This document shows positions 1 through 8,400 of a stretch of DNA of 30,173 bases, one piece after another; the stretch's first letter is position 1; every line of letters begins with the position of its first letter. This stretch comes from Promethearchaeota archaeon (GTDB lineage Archaea; Asgardarchaeota; Thorarchaeia; Thorarchaeales; Thorarchaeaceae), in NCBI GenBank assembly GCA_027031765.1, contig JALVPN010000211.1, forward strand, positions 1 to 30,173, in the 5' to 3' direction. The translations under genes were made by a program, and so were the position numbers. The notes under the pieces are model-generated. The model did not search any database and had not been told where the DNA came from. It saw only the letters and a program-made list of their open reading frames with translations.

Positions 1-2
1 TT

Positions 3-350
3 CCAGACGTCATACCAAGTGAAAGGACTCCTGTGAGGGAGAGGGCGATTGCCCCGCACCCAACTCTTAAACCGCAGAGCTTCATGCGAAGGATAGTCCG
101 TGCTGTAGTCCCACTGAGCAAGGGGGTGATACTCGACCCATTCTGTGGTGCGGGATCAACGCTTGCAGCTGCAGAAGCGTTAGGATATGACAGTGTAGGT
201 GTGGAAGTGAACCCCGACTATTTCGAAATGGCCAATAGAGCAGTTACCACACTGGCAAGGTTGGACGTTGACCCATGGTTTCTTGAGAAGCAAATGGAAG
301 GAAAGAGGAAGATGTTGGAACTGACTAGGTTCATGCTGAACGAGAGCTGA
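3..350 (+). CDS. DNA methyltransferase (N4-C/N6-A, beta-class-like), C-terminal part; truncated by window edge
   Basis: Frame is open from the window edge (PDVIPSERTPVRERAIAP...). Contains HPTLKP (HPTQKP-type) and the SAM-binding motif ILDPFCGAGST, followed by GVEVNPDYF. Confidence 0.9.
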   Translation, partial: PDVIPSERTPVRERAIAPHPTLKPQSFMRRIVRAVVPLSKGVILDPFCGAGSTLAAAEALGYDSVGVEVNPDYFEMANRAVTTLARLDVDPWFLEKQMEGKRKMLELTRFMLNES

Positions 351-768
351 CAAGTAGTATTTCCCCTCCTATAGTTGAGTTCCTTCTCAAGCATCCGATG
401 CTCATGCTCATTCTTGAGTAAGTTTCTCCAGTTCACGGATTCTCCACTCCAACTCTTGCATCTTCAAGATATTTGCCCATCCCATCGTCCCTGCTCGAAG
501 CGTGACGCTAGAATCCAGATGCCTTCGGTTGTCTGCTCCAGCAGGTTAGAAGGGCGACGCCAAGCGAGCTTCCTTCCCATCAAACCCTCTCTGTAGCTGG
601 CCTCTGAGAAGAGATACCGATGATCAAAGGAGGAGCCATTGGGACTGCCCAGCGCTCAGTCGAGCTGGAAAGTCGTCAATCATTTGCCACACATATCATA
701 CTGTTCGCTAGCAGATGTAGTTCTCAAGTATGGATGCCTTTCGACCACTCTATAGCATAGTGGACAAG

Positions 769-964
769 ATGCTCCTGTCAGGGTACAGACCCGTAACAGT
801 TCCAGAGGAGGCCTACACTGGCTACACAGCTCACTCGACTCGGACTATAGGAAACAATGGGCAAGGCGATTGCCAACGTCATCAAGGAATACGCTGAGAG
901 AAGGAAAGAGATAATCAAGGAGATTCAAGAAGCCAAGGCGAAGCTGGACAGACTGGAGCGGTGA
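769..964 (+). pseudogene. Possible degraded ribbon-helix-helix regulator; intact 35-aa tail ORF 857-964 overlaps the nuclease start (GTGA)
   Basis: Frame 1 gives MLLSGYRPVTVPEEAY. Frame 2 from 818 gives LATQLTRLGL*ETMGKAIANVIKEYAERRKEIIKEIQEAKAKLDRLER. Joining them needs one frameshift (about 817) and one TAG (848-850). Confidence 0.3.
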
Positions 965-1557
965 AGGATTTGAACCATAATTCGTATAGAGAATCAAGGA
1001 CGCTAGGTGGTATCTTTGATACATCGGTGCCCCTTCCAAGTGGATTGACAGCAAATCATCTTGAGAAGGCCTTGGAAGATGTTAGAAGAATCTTCGAGGC
1101 AATAAATAACGGATTGTCTACACATGGGCTACCTACAATGGAGAAGTTGATTCGGCTCAACCAATATAGCGGGATGGTCAGCGATTTCTTGACTAGAATG
1201 CTGGACAGGGTGAGCGAATTCAGGAGGCGTCCAGACACAGCATTTCCGGACCTTGAGAACCCGAGGACAAATGTTGGAGTGGAGGTCAAGGCCACTACAA
1301 GGGTTCCATGGAGTACTGTAGGACACAATGTTGCATCTGGCTGGTTCCTCATATCAGAGTACGATATTGATGAGAAAGGGTTGCCCAGTTTTAGAACGGT
1401 TTGGATAGGCGAGTTAGACAAGAGTGATTTTACATTTCATGGCAGAAGCAATAGGAGCAGGAGGACTATCACGGCTTCCATCAAGAAGGCTTCATGGGAT
1501 AAGAAAATGAAAAAGGTGTTTCAGAGAAGTTCTGGAGTACAGGGACAAGAACAATAG
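961..1557 (+). CDS. Putative type II restriction endonuclease, PD-(D/E)xK fold
   Basis: 198 aa with FPDL...VGVEVKAT catalytic-type signature. Same strand as and downstream of a DNA MTase, in an AT-richer segment. Confidence 0.65.
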   Translation: MKDLNHNSYRESRTLGGIFDTSVPLPSGLTANHLEKALEDVRRIFEAINNGLSTHGLPTMEKLIRLNQYSGMVSDFLTRMLDRVSEFRRRPDTAFPDLENPRTNVGVEVKATTRVPWSTVGHNVASGWFLISEYDIDEKGLPSFRTVWIGELDKSDFTFHGRSNRSRRTITASIKKASWDKKMKKVFQRSSGVQGQEQ

Positions 1558-1565
1558 AGGGACTC

Positions 1566-1606
1566 GTTTCAATCCCGGGATCAATCAGGAACGGGTGGAT
1601 AGAAAC
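1566..1606. repeat. 41-bp element with 10-bp imperfect inverted ends, CRISPR-repeat-like termini, single copy
   Basis: GTTTCAATCC-N21-GGATAGAAAC (1 mismatch). The minus strand ends in ATTGAAAC. Confidence 0.45.
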
Positions 1607-1749
1607 TTCACGTTACCAAATGGTTTGCTGGGCACCCTCCCGAAGGTTGCCACCAAGGACTCTCAACCCCTCATCTCCCCAGGAGTTACCAGGACCGGTT
1701 GACGGAAGCCTCTTAAGGACCTGCTGGCCGCGAGAGGTCACGGTTGAGG

Positions 1750-2739
1750 ATGAAGGACTACGACGTCATATTGGCGAGTGGCGCCGAACACCTGCGAGGA
1801 CGTTTCGAACAGCTCGGGTACCGGGTGTACGTCTCTGGGCTGAACTACGACGAGCGGCGGATGTTCCCGAACGGCGACATATATGTCAGGATTGACGGCG
1901 TGGAGGAGCTTGCAGACCGCCCTGTGAAGGTGATCCAGAGCTGCACGGGGTCGGGGACGGCAGACAGGGAGAGGTTCACAACATCCGACCGGGTTGTGGA
2001 GTTGCTCCTGATACTGAGCGTCCTCCAGCGGCCTGTCCGCACCGACACCGTTGGACACAAGAAGTACAAGTGGTCACCAGTGCCCCCACCGTCCAACGTG
2101 GAGGTCGTCCTGACCTTCCAGCCGTACTCATTGCAGGACAAGGCGTTCCTGACAGGCGAAGCGGTCTCGGCAAGGTGGGCGACAGAACTGATAGCACGGG
2201 AGTGCAACAAGGTCTGGGTCGTGAACCCGCATGCCCCACCGGACACTGACTGGGTCGTCAGGCTGCGTGAGCGTGGTGTCTACGAGGAAATCGACATTGT
2301 CCCCGACCTGGTGCGACACTGTGCTAAGAGGTTCTGCCGAGACGACTATGTTGTGGTGGCCCCAGATGAGGGCGGCCAGGAACGGTTCAGCGTACGTGGC
2401 TTCGGCAAGTGCCGCAACAACTCGTTCGCTGTGGAGGTGCAGGGCGAGCTGGATGTGGCTGGCCAAGAGGTCATAGTGGTGGACGACCTGACAAAGAGTG
2501 GTAGTACGCTGCTCAAGGCTGCTGAACGTCTGCGTGCCCTCGGTGCTGCAGGGGTCGCGATGGCGGTGGTGCATGTCCTCCCACTGGTGGACAGGGGAGA
2601 GGAACTCCTGCAGCGGCTGGTACGGCTCAGCAATGGTCGCATTGTGACTACGAACACCGTCTTCACAGAGACCTTCTGTGTTGAGAACCCCGACCTGACC
2701 TACAATATCGTGGACAGCCTAGTAAAGGCCCTTGGATAG
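1750..2739 (+). CDS. prs: Ribose-phosphate pyrophosphokinase-like protein (divergent PRPP synthase)
   Basis: FPNGDIYVRI (FPDGE-type), VKVIQS, QPYSLQDK, VVAPDEGG and PRT loop VIVVDDLTKSGSTL. ATG 1750 chosen; the ORF track starts at 1744. Confidence 0.8.
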   Translation: MKDYDVILASGAEHLRGRFEQLGYRVYVSGLNYDERRMFPNGDIYVRIDGVEELADRPVKVIQSCTGSGTADRERFTTSDRVVELLLILSVLQRPVRTDTVGHKKYKWSPVPPPSNVEVVLTFQPYSLQDKAFLTGEAVSARWATELIARECNKVWVVNPHAPPDTDWVVRLRERGVYEEIDIVPDLVRHCAKRFCRDDYVVVAPDEGGQERFSVRGFGKCRNNSFAVEVQGELDVAGQEVIVVDDLTKSGSTLLKAAERLRALGAAGVAMAVVHVLPLVDRGEELLQRLVRLSNGRIVTTNTVFTETFCVENPDLTYNIVDSLVKALG

Positions 2740-2856
2740 GACCATTGCCCCGGGTGTAGGCGCGGAGCACAGGCAACACATGAGAGCAGGCCACGTAGAC
2801 CGACTTCACAGTATACCCGAGGAGCGGTGTCTGTAGCGCGTCGTCTTTCACTTGAG
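2692..2856 (+). repeat. Direct repeat copy 1 (prs 3' end + intergenic + dead head of the 5504 gene)
   Basis: Manual alignment to 5370-5536: 142 identical positions over 167 columns (23 mismatches, one 2-nt gap). Confidence 0.95.
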
Positions 2857-3200
2857 GGCAATCGTGAACGGGTTGAATGTCTCTGGCCCCGTCTATGACG
2901 CAGAGTCGGAGCGCCAGGACCTTCAGCTTCGGGCCGAGCAGATAGGTCCAGGTGTCTACAATACGACCAGTGACGATACCATATCTATCAAGGGTCTTGG
3001 GGGGTTGTGTTGGAGAACGGCGAAGTGATATTGTTGCAGCCAGGGAGAAACAACCAACGGTCATAGGACTCTTTGATGTTGGTCTTGCCAAGGCGTCGCG
3101 GCTCTACGCCATCCAGTCGATGCTGCCAGCACCCGTCTGGATGATTTCCGGGAAAAGACTAATGACGGTGAGGTGCCGAGTCCCTGTAAGTGATGTTCTC

Positions 3201-4288
3201 GTGTCACGCCACAGGAAGGCCTTGATTGTTGTGCTCGTCATTGTGGTCAGTCTGATTGCTGTTGTAGGTGTCCACTTCTGGCTGACTGACGACACAATTG
3301 TTGAGACCCTGACCTTTGACGGTCTTGTACGTACGTATCGTGTCTATGTCCCCTCTTCGCTGAACTCAAGCCAGCCTGTACCCTCGTCATCGCTCTCCAC
3401 GGCGGCGGGGGTACTGGCAGGGGGATGGAACGGCTCACACTGGGACGGTTCAATGAGCTCGCAGACCGTGACGGTTTCATTGTCGTGTATCCCGACGCAG
3501 TAGAGCGGAACTGGAACGACGGCAGGGGCATCGCCTCATATCGCGCCCAACGGGACAACATCGATGATGTTGGTTACATATCTGCTCTCATTGACAGGTT
3601 CGTCGCTGAGAGAAACGTCGACCCAGAGCGTGTCTATGTCACTGGTATGTCCAATGGTGCCCTCATGAGCTATCGTTTCGCCTGCGAGCTCTCACAGAAG
3701 ATAGCTGCCATTGCACCTGTCTGTGGCCTCATGATTGGGAACTACACAGACTACGACCAACCCGTTCAACCCATCTCCGTTCTCATGATCAATGGTGAGG
3801 ATGACCCGCTGGTCCCGTGGGACGGAGGAGCAGTCCACTTCGGCGACCGTGAGCTGGGCCGTGTCACCTCGGTGGCCGACACATTGAGCTTCTGGGTGGA
3901 CCACAACAACCGTACGAGTCCCACCTCACGTGTGTGGGAGCCTGACCGGAGCCCGGATGATGGGACCCGCGTGTACCACGAGGCCTATGCCAACGGCACA
4001 GATGGCACCGAGGTCATTCTGTACGGTGTCCAGGGGGGCGGTCATACATGGCCCGGAGGCAGCCAGTACCTCCCGGAGAGCACAATTGGCAAGACCAGCC
4101 ACGACATCAACGCCTGCGACGTGATCTGGTCGTTCTTCAAGAACCACTCACGGACCGTAGGTGCGTCCCAATCACCTCCGGACGTCACCGTTCACGCCAA
4201 GACCGGGTCTTGGGTGGACTGGTCGTACTGCCCCCTTGTTGCGGGTCTTCCTTGGCGCTACACACTTGTCCGCGATGTCAGCGCTTGA
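3201..4288 (+). pseudogene. Membrane-anchored PHB-depolymerase/LpqC-family esterase, split by a 1-nt frameshift at about 3381-3383
   Basis: GTG 3201 starts MSRHRKALIVVLVIVVSLIAVVGVHFW...RTYRVYVP...QPVP. The other frame then reads LVIALHGGGGTG...VVYPDA...VTGMSNGALMS (GxSxG)...GGGHTWPGG. One extra C in the CCC run restores the frame. Confidence 0.85.
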
Positions 4289-4425
4289 GGACCCCTCGCT
4301 ACTCATATTTGGTAATTGTCTGCGCTTTGTGGCCTGCACCATGGACTGTTCCGCATCGTCAACATCAACGCACATTTATTGCATCCGTCCCAAGTAATGG
4401 CAGTTGCGAAACGGGATGGTCTGGC

Positions 4426-5154
4426 ATGTTGTTTGTGGTCTTCAGGGAGCCGGAGTTCATTAGTGAGTTCACACCCACTGACGCTCAGGACAGTCGAAGA
4501 ATCTTGGGGGTCATCCTAGACGGGTCCATTGGCATCAGTATCAGACATCTCTTCTCGACCGACTATCTTGACAGTACTCTTGACATGTTGAAGGACCCGG
4601 AGGCCGCTCTAGGTGAAGTCATGGAGGGTCACAGAAAGCTGATTGGCGTCTTGCAGAGCATCGCGGACACGGAAGAGCTGTTCAGCAAGGTGGAGACCCT
4701 GTAGGGCCCGACTCTTGAGGCAAACCTGCGGTTTGGTCTCGCTTCACTTGTCACGACAGTGCGCAGTCTGAGTGTTTCGCTCCGACATACTGATGTCCCG
4801 GCAGTCTCTGAAGAAACCCTGGGGGTGTTACGGGACGCAGTAGTGCCCATTTTTGAAGACGTAACTACAGAAATGCCAGATGCATGCTCCCTCCTCAGTC
4901 CGGACGACAAGGTGAGCCAACTTGCTGTTGGACTTGTTCTGGGCTACAATCTTGCTCTGCTTTCAGTGCTCGTGACTGTGACCGTTGCAGCGGCTGCCAG
5001 TGACACTGGGCTGGAGCAGTCACAGGTGGAGGAGCTTGAGTTGCTGTTACGCGACTGGACACAAGAACTTGCAGCGCAGCTCACCACTGTCCAGATGGAA
5101 ATAGACCCCTGGACGGCTTTCCTCCGACTCTCTGCCATTACCATTGACGACTAG
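4426..5154 (+). pseudogene. Acidic helical hypothetical protein interrupted by a single in-frame TAG (4702-4704)
   Basis: ORFs 4426-4704 and 4759-5154 are in the same frame and the 54 nt between them are open (GPTLEANLRFGLASLVTT). TATA-like ATTTATT at about 4374. Confidence 0.55.
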
Positions 5155-5172
5155 GCAGCGGAGTGACGACAC

Positions 5173-5367
5173 TTGATTCTATCAAGCGATGTCAAAGTGG
5201 GGTCAATAGTCATCATCGATTTGAGGTGTACTGTTGGTAGAGAACAGAGGGGTCGTAAGCCTTGGGTCGTAATCTCCATGCCTTCTCCAAGGGCTGTGCC
5301 GAGGCCTCCAAGTTATTCCTTGATGGACTTGACGAGATGTCAGGCAGGAGCACGCGCCCGCTCTTGA
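5173..5367 (+). pseudogene. MazF/PemK-family toxin N-terminal fragment
   Basis: VGSIVIIDLRCTVGREQRGRKPWVVIS matches the PemK pattern G-x-I-V-x-V-D-...-G-x-E-Q-x-G-x-R-P-x-V-V-V-S. Similarity is lost after about 5280. Confidence 0.7.
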
Positions 5368-5369
5368 TG

Positions 5370-5536
5370 GATCTGACCTACGATGTCGTGGACGTCCTGG
5401 TACGGGCCCTTGCACAGGACCATTGCCCCGGCTGCAGGCGCGGAGCACAGGCAACACATAAGAGCAGCCCATGTAGACTGACCTGATAGTATACCCGAGG
5501 GTAGTGGTGTCTGTGGTGCGTCATCTTTCACTTGAG
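5370..5536 (+). repeat. Direct repeat copy 2 (dead prs tail + intergenic + head of the 5504 gene)
   Basis: Translates DLTYDVVDVLVRALAQ versus the prs end DLTYNIVDSLVKALG*. The prs TAG corresponds to CAG here. Confidence 0.95.
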
Positions 5537-7177
5537 TTCTTATACGGCGAGAGGGGCGGCCGACAGGTCCCGGAGAGCGTGGACGTGTGTGTAGCGGTCG
5601 CGTTCGCAACGGCCCACTCGCTGGCAAATGGCAGGAGGCCAACTGTGCTTGCCCGGGTGGGGGTGCCCTTCTGGGTCGTCCAGGTCTCCGAGACGAGTTC
5701 GATAGTGCTGTCTGCAGTTGGAGAGTCGATGCGTGCGCTTGAGTTCAGTGAGAACAGGGCTGTGAGTGCCCTGCGACGGGTACTGAGCAGCGAGGTCGTA
5801 GAGCCGAAGGCTGTCCCCGGTGCCGTACAGACATGCCTTGAGCTACTGGGCACCGTGGAGCGGTCTGTGAGCTACGTGAGGAACCTTGAGAGGCCGTCGG
5901 TGCTCGAGTCTGTGGGCCCCCTGCTCCAGGAGGTGGAGCCCGGCAAGGAGCGGCCACTGTTGGAGACCACGCTGGACTCGCAGGGTGCACTTGAAACGAG
6001 CTCACAGTTCCAGCAGCTCCGGGATGCCACACAGACACGGATTGAGACCATGGAACAGGTGCTCTCGCTGGCCACGGAACGGCTGGACAGCCATGTCAGG
6101 ACACTGGACAACCTGTTCCAACACGAACATGAGCGTTGGGAGCGCCGGAAGCGCACGCAGGAGGAGATTGTAGAGCTTGAGATTGCAGAGCTACAAGAGA
6201 AGAAGCAGGACATGATCTACAGGCTGCGTGAGAAACACCGGATGGACATGCGGGCGCTGACCGCAGAGTTTGCAAGGGAGATAGGTACCGTAGAGGAGTT
6301 CTATGCAGACCTTGTAGAGATGACGCGGACCGCACGCGTAGAGATAGCCCAGATGGGAGAGAACGTGGAGCAGGCGCTCCAGGCCTTTGTGGAACTGTCG
6401 ACTAGGCTAGAGGCGGAGGCCTCCAAGTCTACAGGGCAGCTTGAAGAGCTGAGGAAGAGGGCCGAGGAGGTCAGGGCACGCAAGTCGGAGTTGGAGGCAA
6501 GGCTTGCAGAGGCAGAACGGGAGGCAGTGGACGAGATTGATGTCCAGATCCGTGACCGGAAGCACCGGCTCGTCGAGTTCGACATGGAACGGGACCAGAA
6601 GATGGGCGAGTTGCAGGAGCTGAGGGAGCGTGTGCGCACCTCCGCAAAGCAGTTGAAGACTGCCCTCGAAGAGCGCCTGGTGGTGCTCCGGAAAGAGTTG
6701 CGCAGCCTCATGGAATGGGCCCTCGACAACAACCGCGTCCCGGGGCTTGCACCCCTGACCCAGGTCGACATCAATGTGTTCGTTGTCAGGTTCGATGATG
6801 GTGACACCACAGTCCTTGTACCGGGCCACACACCGGAGGAGCGTATGGGACTGCCGGCAAGGTACAGCCCACTGAGTAGTGAGCTCGAAGACTTTGTCAG
6901 GGGGCTGTTGATGCGCCTGCTCAAGGAGAGCCCCGCGTTCGAGGGCATGTTCACGAAACAGTGTGTGCACGCGGACCTGCTCCACCGGATGTCAGCAGTG
7001 GAGGCGCTTGGGCCTGGCCTGGACGAGCTGCAGTCAAGACAGCTCCTGAAGGAAGGCGTCAGGGAAAGGCTTGTTGCGAGCTGGGATGCGTGGGCCGGGA
7101 AGTGCCCACGGTGCGGGGAGCAGGTATCGGCAGGGGTACAGTTCTGTCCGTCGTGTGGGGCCCTGCTGGGGGGCTGA
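5504..7177 (+). CDS. Long coiled-coil protein with C-terminal double zinc ribbon
   Basis: 557 aa with an E/R/L-rich heptad central region. C-terminus is CPRCGEQVSAGVQFCPSCG. Confidence 0.85.
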   Translation: MVSVVRHLSLEFLYGERGGRQVPESVDVCVAVAFATAHSLANGRRPTVLARVGVPFWVVQVSETSSIVLSAVGESMRALEFSENRAVSALRRVLSSEVVEPKAVPGAVQTCLELLGTVERSVSYVRNLERPSVLESVGPLLQEVEPGKERPLLETTLDSQGALETSSQFQQLRDATQTRIETMEQVLSLATERLDSHVRTLDNLFQHEHERWERRKRTQEEIVELEIAELQEKKQDMIYRLREKHRMDMRALTAEFAREIGTVEEFYADLVEMTRTARVEIAQMGENVEQALQAFVELSTRLEAEASKSTGQLEELRKRAEEVRARKSELEARLAEAEREAVDEIDVQIRDRKHRLVEFDMERDQKMGELQELRERVRTSAKQLKTALEERLVVLRKELRSLMEWALDNNRVPGLAPLTQVDINVFVVRFDDGDTTVLVPGHTPEERMGLPARYSPLSSELEDFVRGLLMRLLKESPAFEGMFTKQCVHADLLHRMSAVEALGPGLDELQSRQLLKEGVRERLVASWDAWAGKCPRCGEQVSAGVQFCPSCGALLGG

Positions 7178-7193
7178 ACGGCAAGCAGGATGT

Positions 7194-7421
7194 CTATGAG
7201 GATATGTAGTCCTGTGCCTTGTCCCGGGCCAGCCACGACTTTGTGGAGGCGCGCTCGACAAGGCCCTTCTCTTCAAGGGAGCTCAGGGCCTGCACGACAT
7301 CGTTGTGGTCGTAGGGGAGGCCGCGTCTGCGGAGAACGCGTGTGATAGCCCGCGGTCTGTGGCCCTGTCGCACTATGAGTGGGAGTATTGCGCGCTCAAG
7401 TTCTGTCAGGTCCTCGCTCAT
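7194..7421 (-). CDS. Small winged-helix protein
   Basis: MSEDLTELERAIL...DVVQALSSLEEKGLVER (LxxLEEKGLVER wing pattern). ATG 7421 chosen. Confidence 0.7.
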   Translation of the reverse strand: MSEDLTELERAILPLIVRQGHRPRAITRVLRRRGLPYDHNDVVQALSSLEEKGLVERASTKSWLARDKAQDYISS

Positions 7422-7585
7422 CGTCAACACAGGTCGATGGGCAGGAGCGAACATTTTAAAGATTGCCTTGCGGGTCTGTGCCCCCTCTTCGAGCGCGTAT
7501 CAGTCTGTGCCACGCATCAGCACGCCGTGGGACTGAGTAGAGGCACTCCGGAGAGGCCCAAGCGCGACCAGTGGGGCCGGAACAG

Positions 7586-8332
7586 ATGTCTGGAGACGAA
7601 AAGGAATACCATCTAGGACTTGCAAGGGGTGACATGCCAGAGAGGGTGCTCCTACCTGGCGACCCCATGCGCGCAAGGCTCATTGCAGAGAAATACTTTG
7701 ACAGTCCGACCGAGGTGGCCAAGAAACGCGAGTTCTGGAGCTACAGGGGCAAGTATAAGGGAGTGCCCGTTGGGGTGTGTTCGACCGGGATTGGCTGTCC
7801 TTCGGCTGCCATCACACTGGAAGAACTCATACGGGTCGGCTCCAAGGTGTTCGTGAGGGTGGGCACAGCAGGCGCCATCGACACCCAGCTGCGAGCCGGC
7901 GACCTCGTAGTCCTTACAGGTGCGGTGCGGGATGACGGGACTTCAAAGCAGTACGTGCCTGTTGAGTACCCGGCGGTGGCAGACCACACACTGATATCTG
8001 CCCTGATGAGAGCTGCCGAGGCGCGTGGCGTGAGGTATATGATGGGCATCGGACACAGCAAGGACGCATTCTACAGTGAGTACCCCGACATGATGGCCAG
8101 CCCCGAGGCAATGGAGATGCGCTGGAAGGCATTGAAACGTGCTGGCGTCATAGCCACAGAGATGGAGTCTGCAGCGCTGTATGTCATCGGGCAGCTAAGG
8201 GGCGTACGTGTGGCCACTGTGTGTGAGATAGTGGGGGAGCCCGTTGAGAACGAGGCAAAGATCCTAGACAGGCCCCGATTGGATGACCTCGTGCACGTTG
8301 CGCTGGACGCCATGACATCGGTCGAACTATGA
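7586..8332 (+). CDS. udp: Uridine/nucleoside phosphorylase (NP-I family)
   Basis: VLLPGDPMRA, TGIGCPSAAITLEEL, RVGTAG, EMESAAL. Confidence 0.9.
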   Translation: MSGDEKEYHLGLARGDMPERVLLPGDPMRARLIAEKYFDSPTEVAKKREFWSYRGKYKGVPVGVCSTGIGCPSAAITLEELIRVGSKVFVRVGTAGAIDTQLRAGDLVVLTGAVRDDGTSKQYVPVEYPAVADHTLISALMRAAEARGVRYMMGIGHSKDAFYSEYPDMMASPEAMEMRWKALKRAGVIATEMESAALYVIGQLRGVRVATVCEIVGEPVENEAKILDRPRLDDLVHVALDAMTSVEL

Positions 8333-8400
8333 CAGGTGTCGACATGGGCTGGTGGTGCCACCGGGGGCTGCCCGGGGATGAGCAGTCGGGCACTGCCCGG

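Larger units (their letters stand above)
2857..5369. mobile_element. Decayed insertion/genomic islet between the direct repeats; no integrase or transposase seen
   Basis: Bounded by the 165/167-bp repeats. Cargo is a frameshifted esterase, an amber-interrupted ORF and a MazF/PemK fragment. Sampled lines are less GC-rich (5161-5220: 26/60) than flanking core (1801-1860: 38/60). Confidence 0.7.

Noticed and set aside
218-596. Short ORFs between the MTase and the nuclease (218-436 minus, 375-596 plus, KMQELEWRIRELEKLTQE fragment on minus)
   Set aside because: No motifs, overlap with the MTase or weak starts. Cannot support a gene call.
1566-1606. CRISPR array
   Set aside because: Only one repeat-like unit, no spacer-repeat periodicity and no cas genes in the window. 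Kept only as an orphan element.
2663-3091. Minus-strand 142-aa ORF in the left part of the islet
   Set aside because: It runs through the direct repeat and the prs end. A vague resemblance to PIN or small lipoprotein motifs was too weak to call.
2952-3200. N-terminal extension of the esterase ORF
   Set aside because: Non-protein-like. GTG 3201 gives a clean basic-hydrophobic anchor.
4702-4704. Genome-wide stop-codon reassignment
   Set aside because: TAG and TGA both terminate well-conserved core genes at their expected ends, and no core gene shows an internal stop.
6301-7236. 311-aa minus-strand ORF, and similar long shadows such as 18347-19201 (+), 19675-20331 (-), 21052-21660 (-)
   Set aside because: Antisense or alternate-frame shadows of well-supported genes in GC-rich DNA, Ser/Arg-rich with no motifs.
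8387-8399. CGGGCA-C-TGCCCG palindrome between convergent udp and membrane-HhH genes
   Set aside because: Short and GC-rich, plausible by chance. At most part of a terminator.
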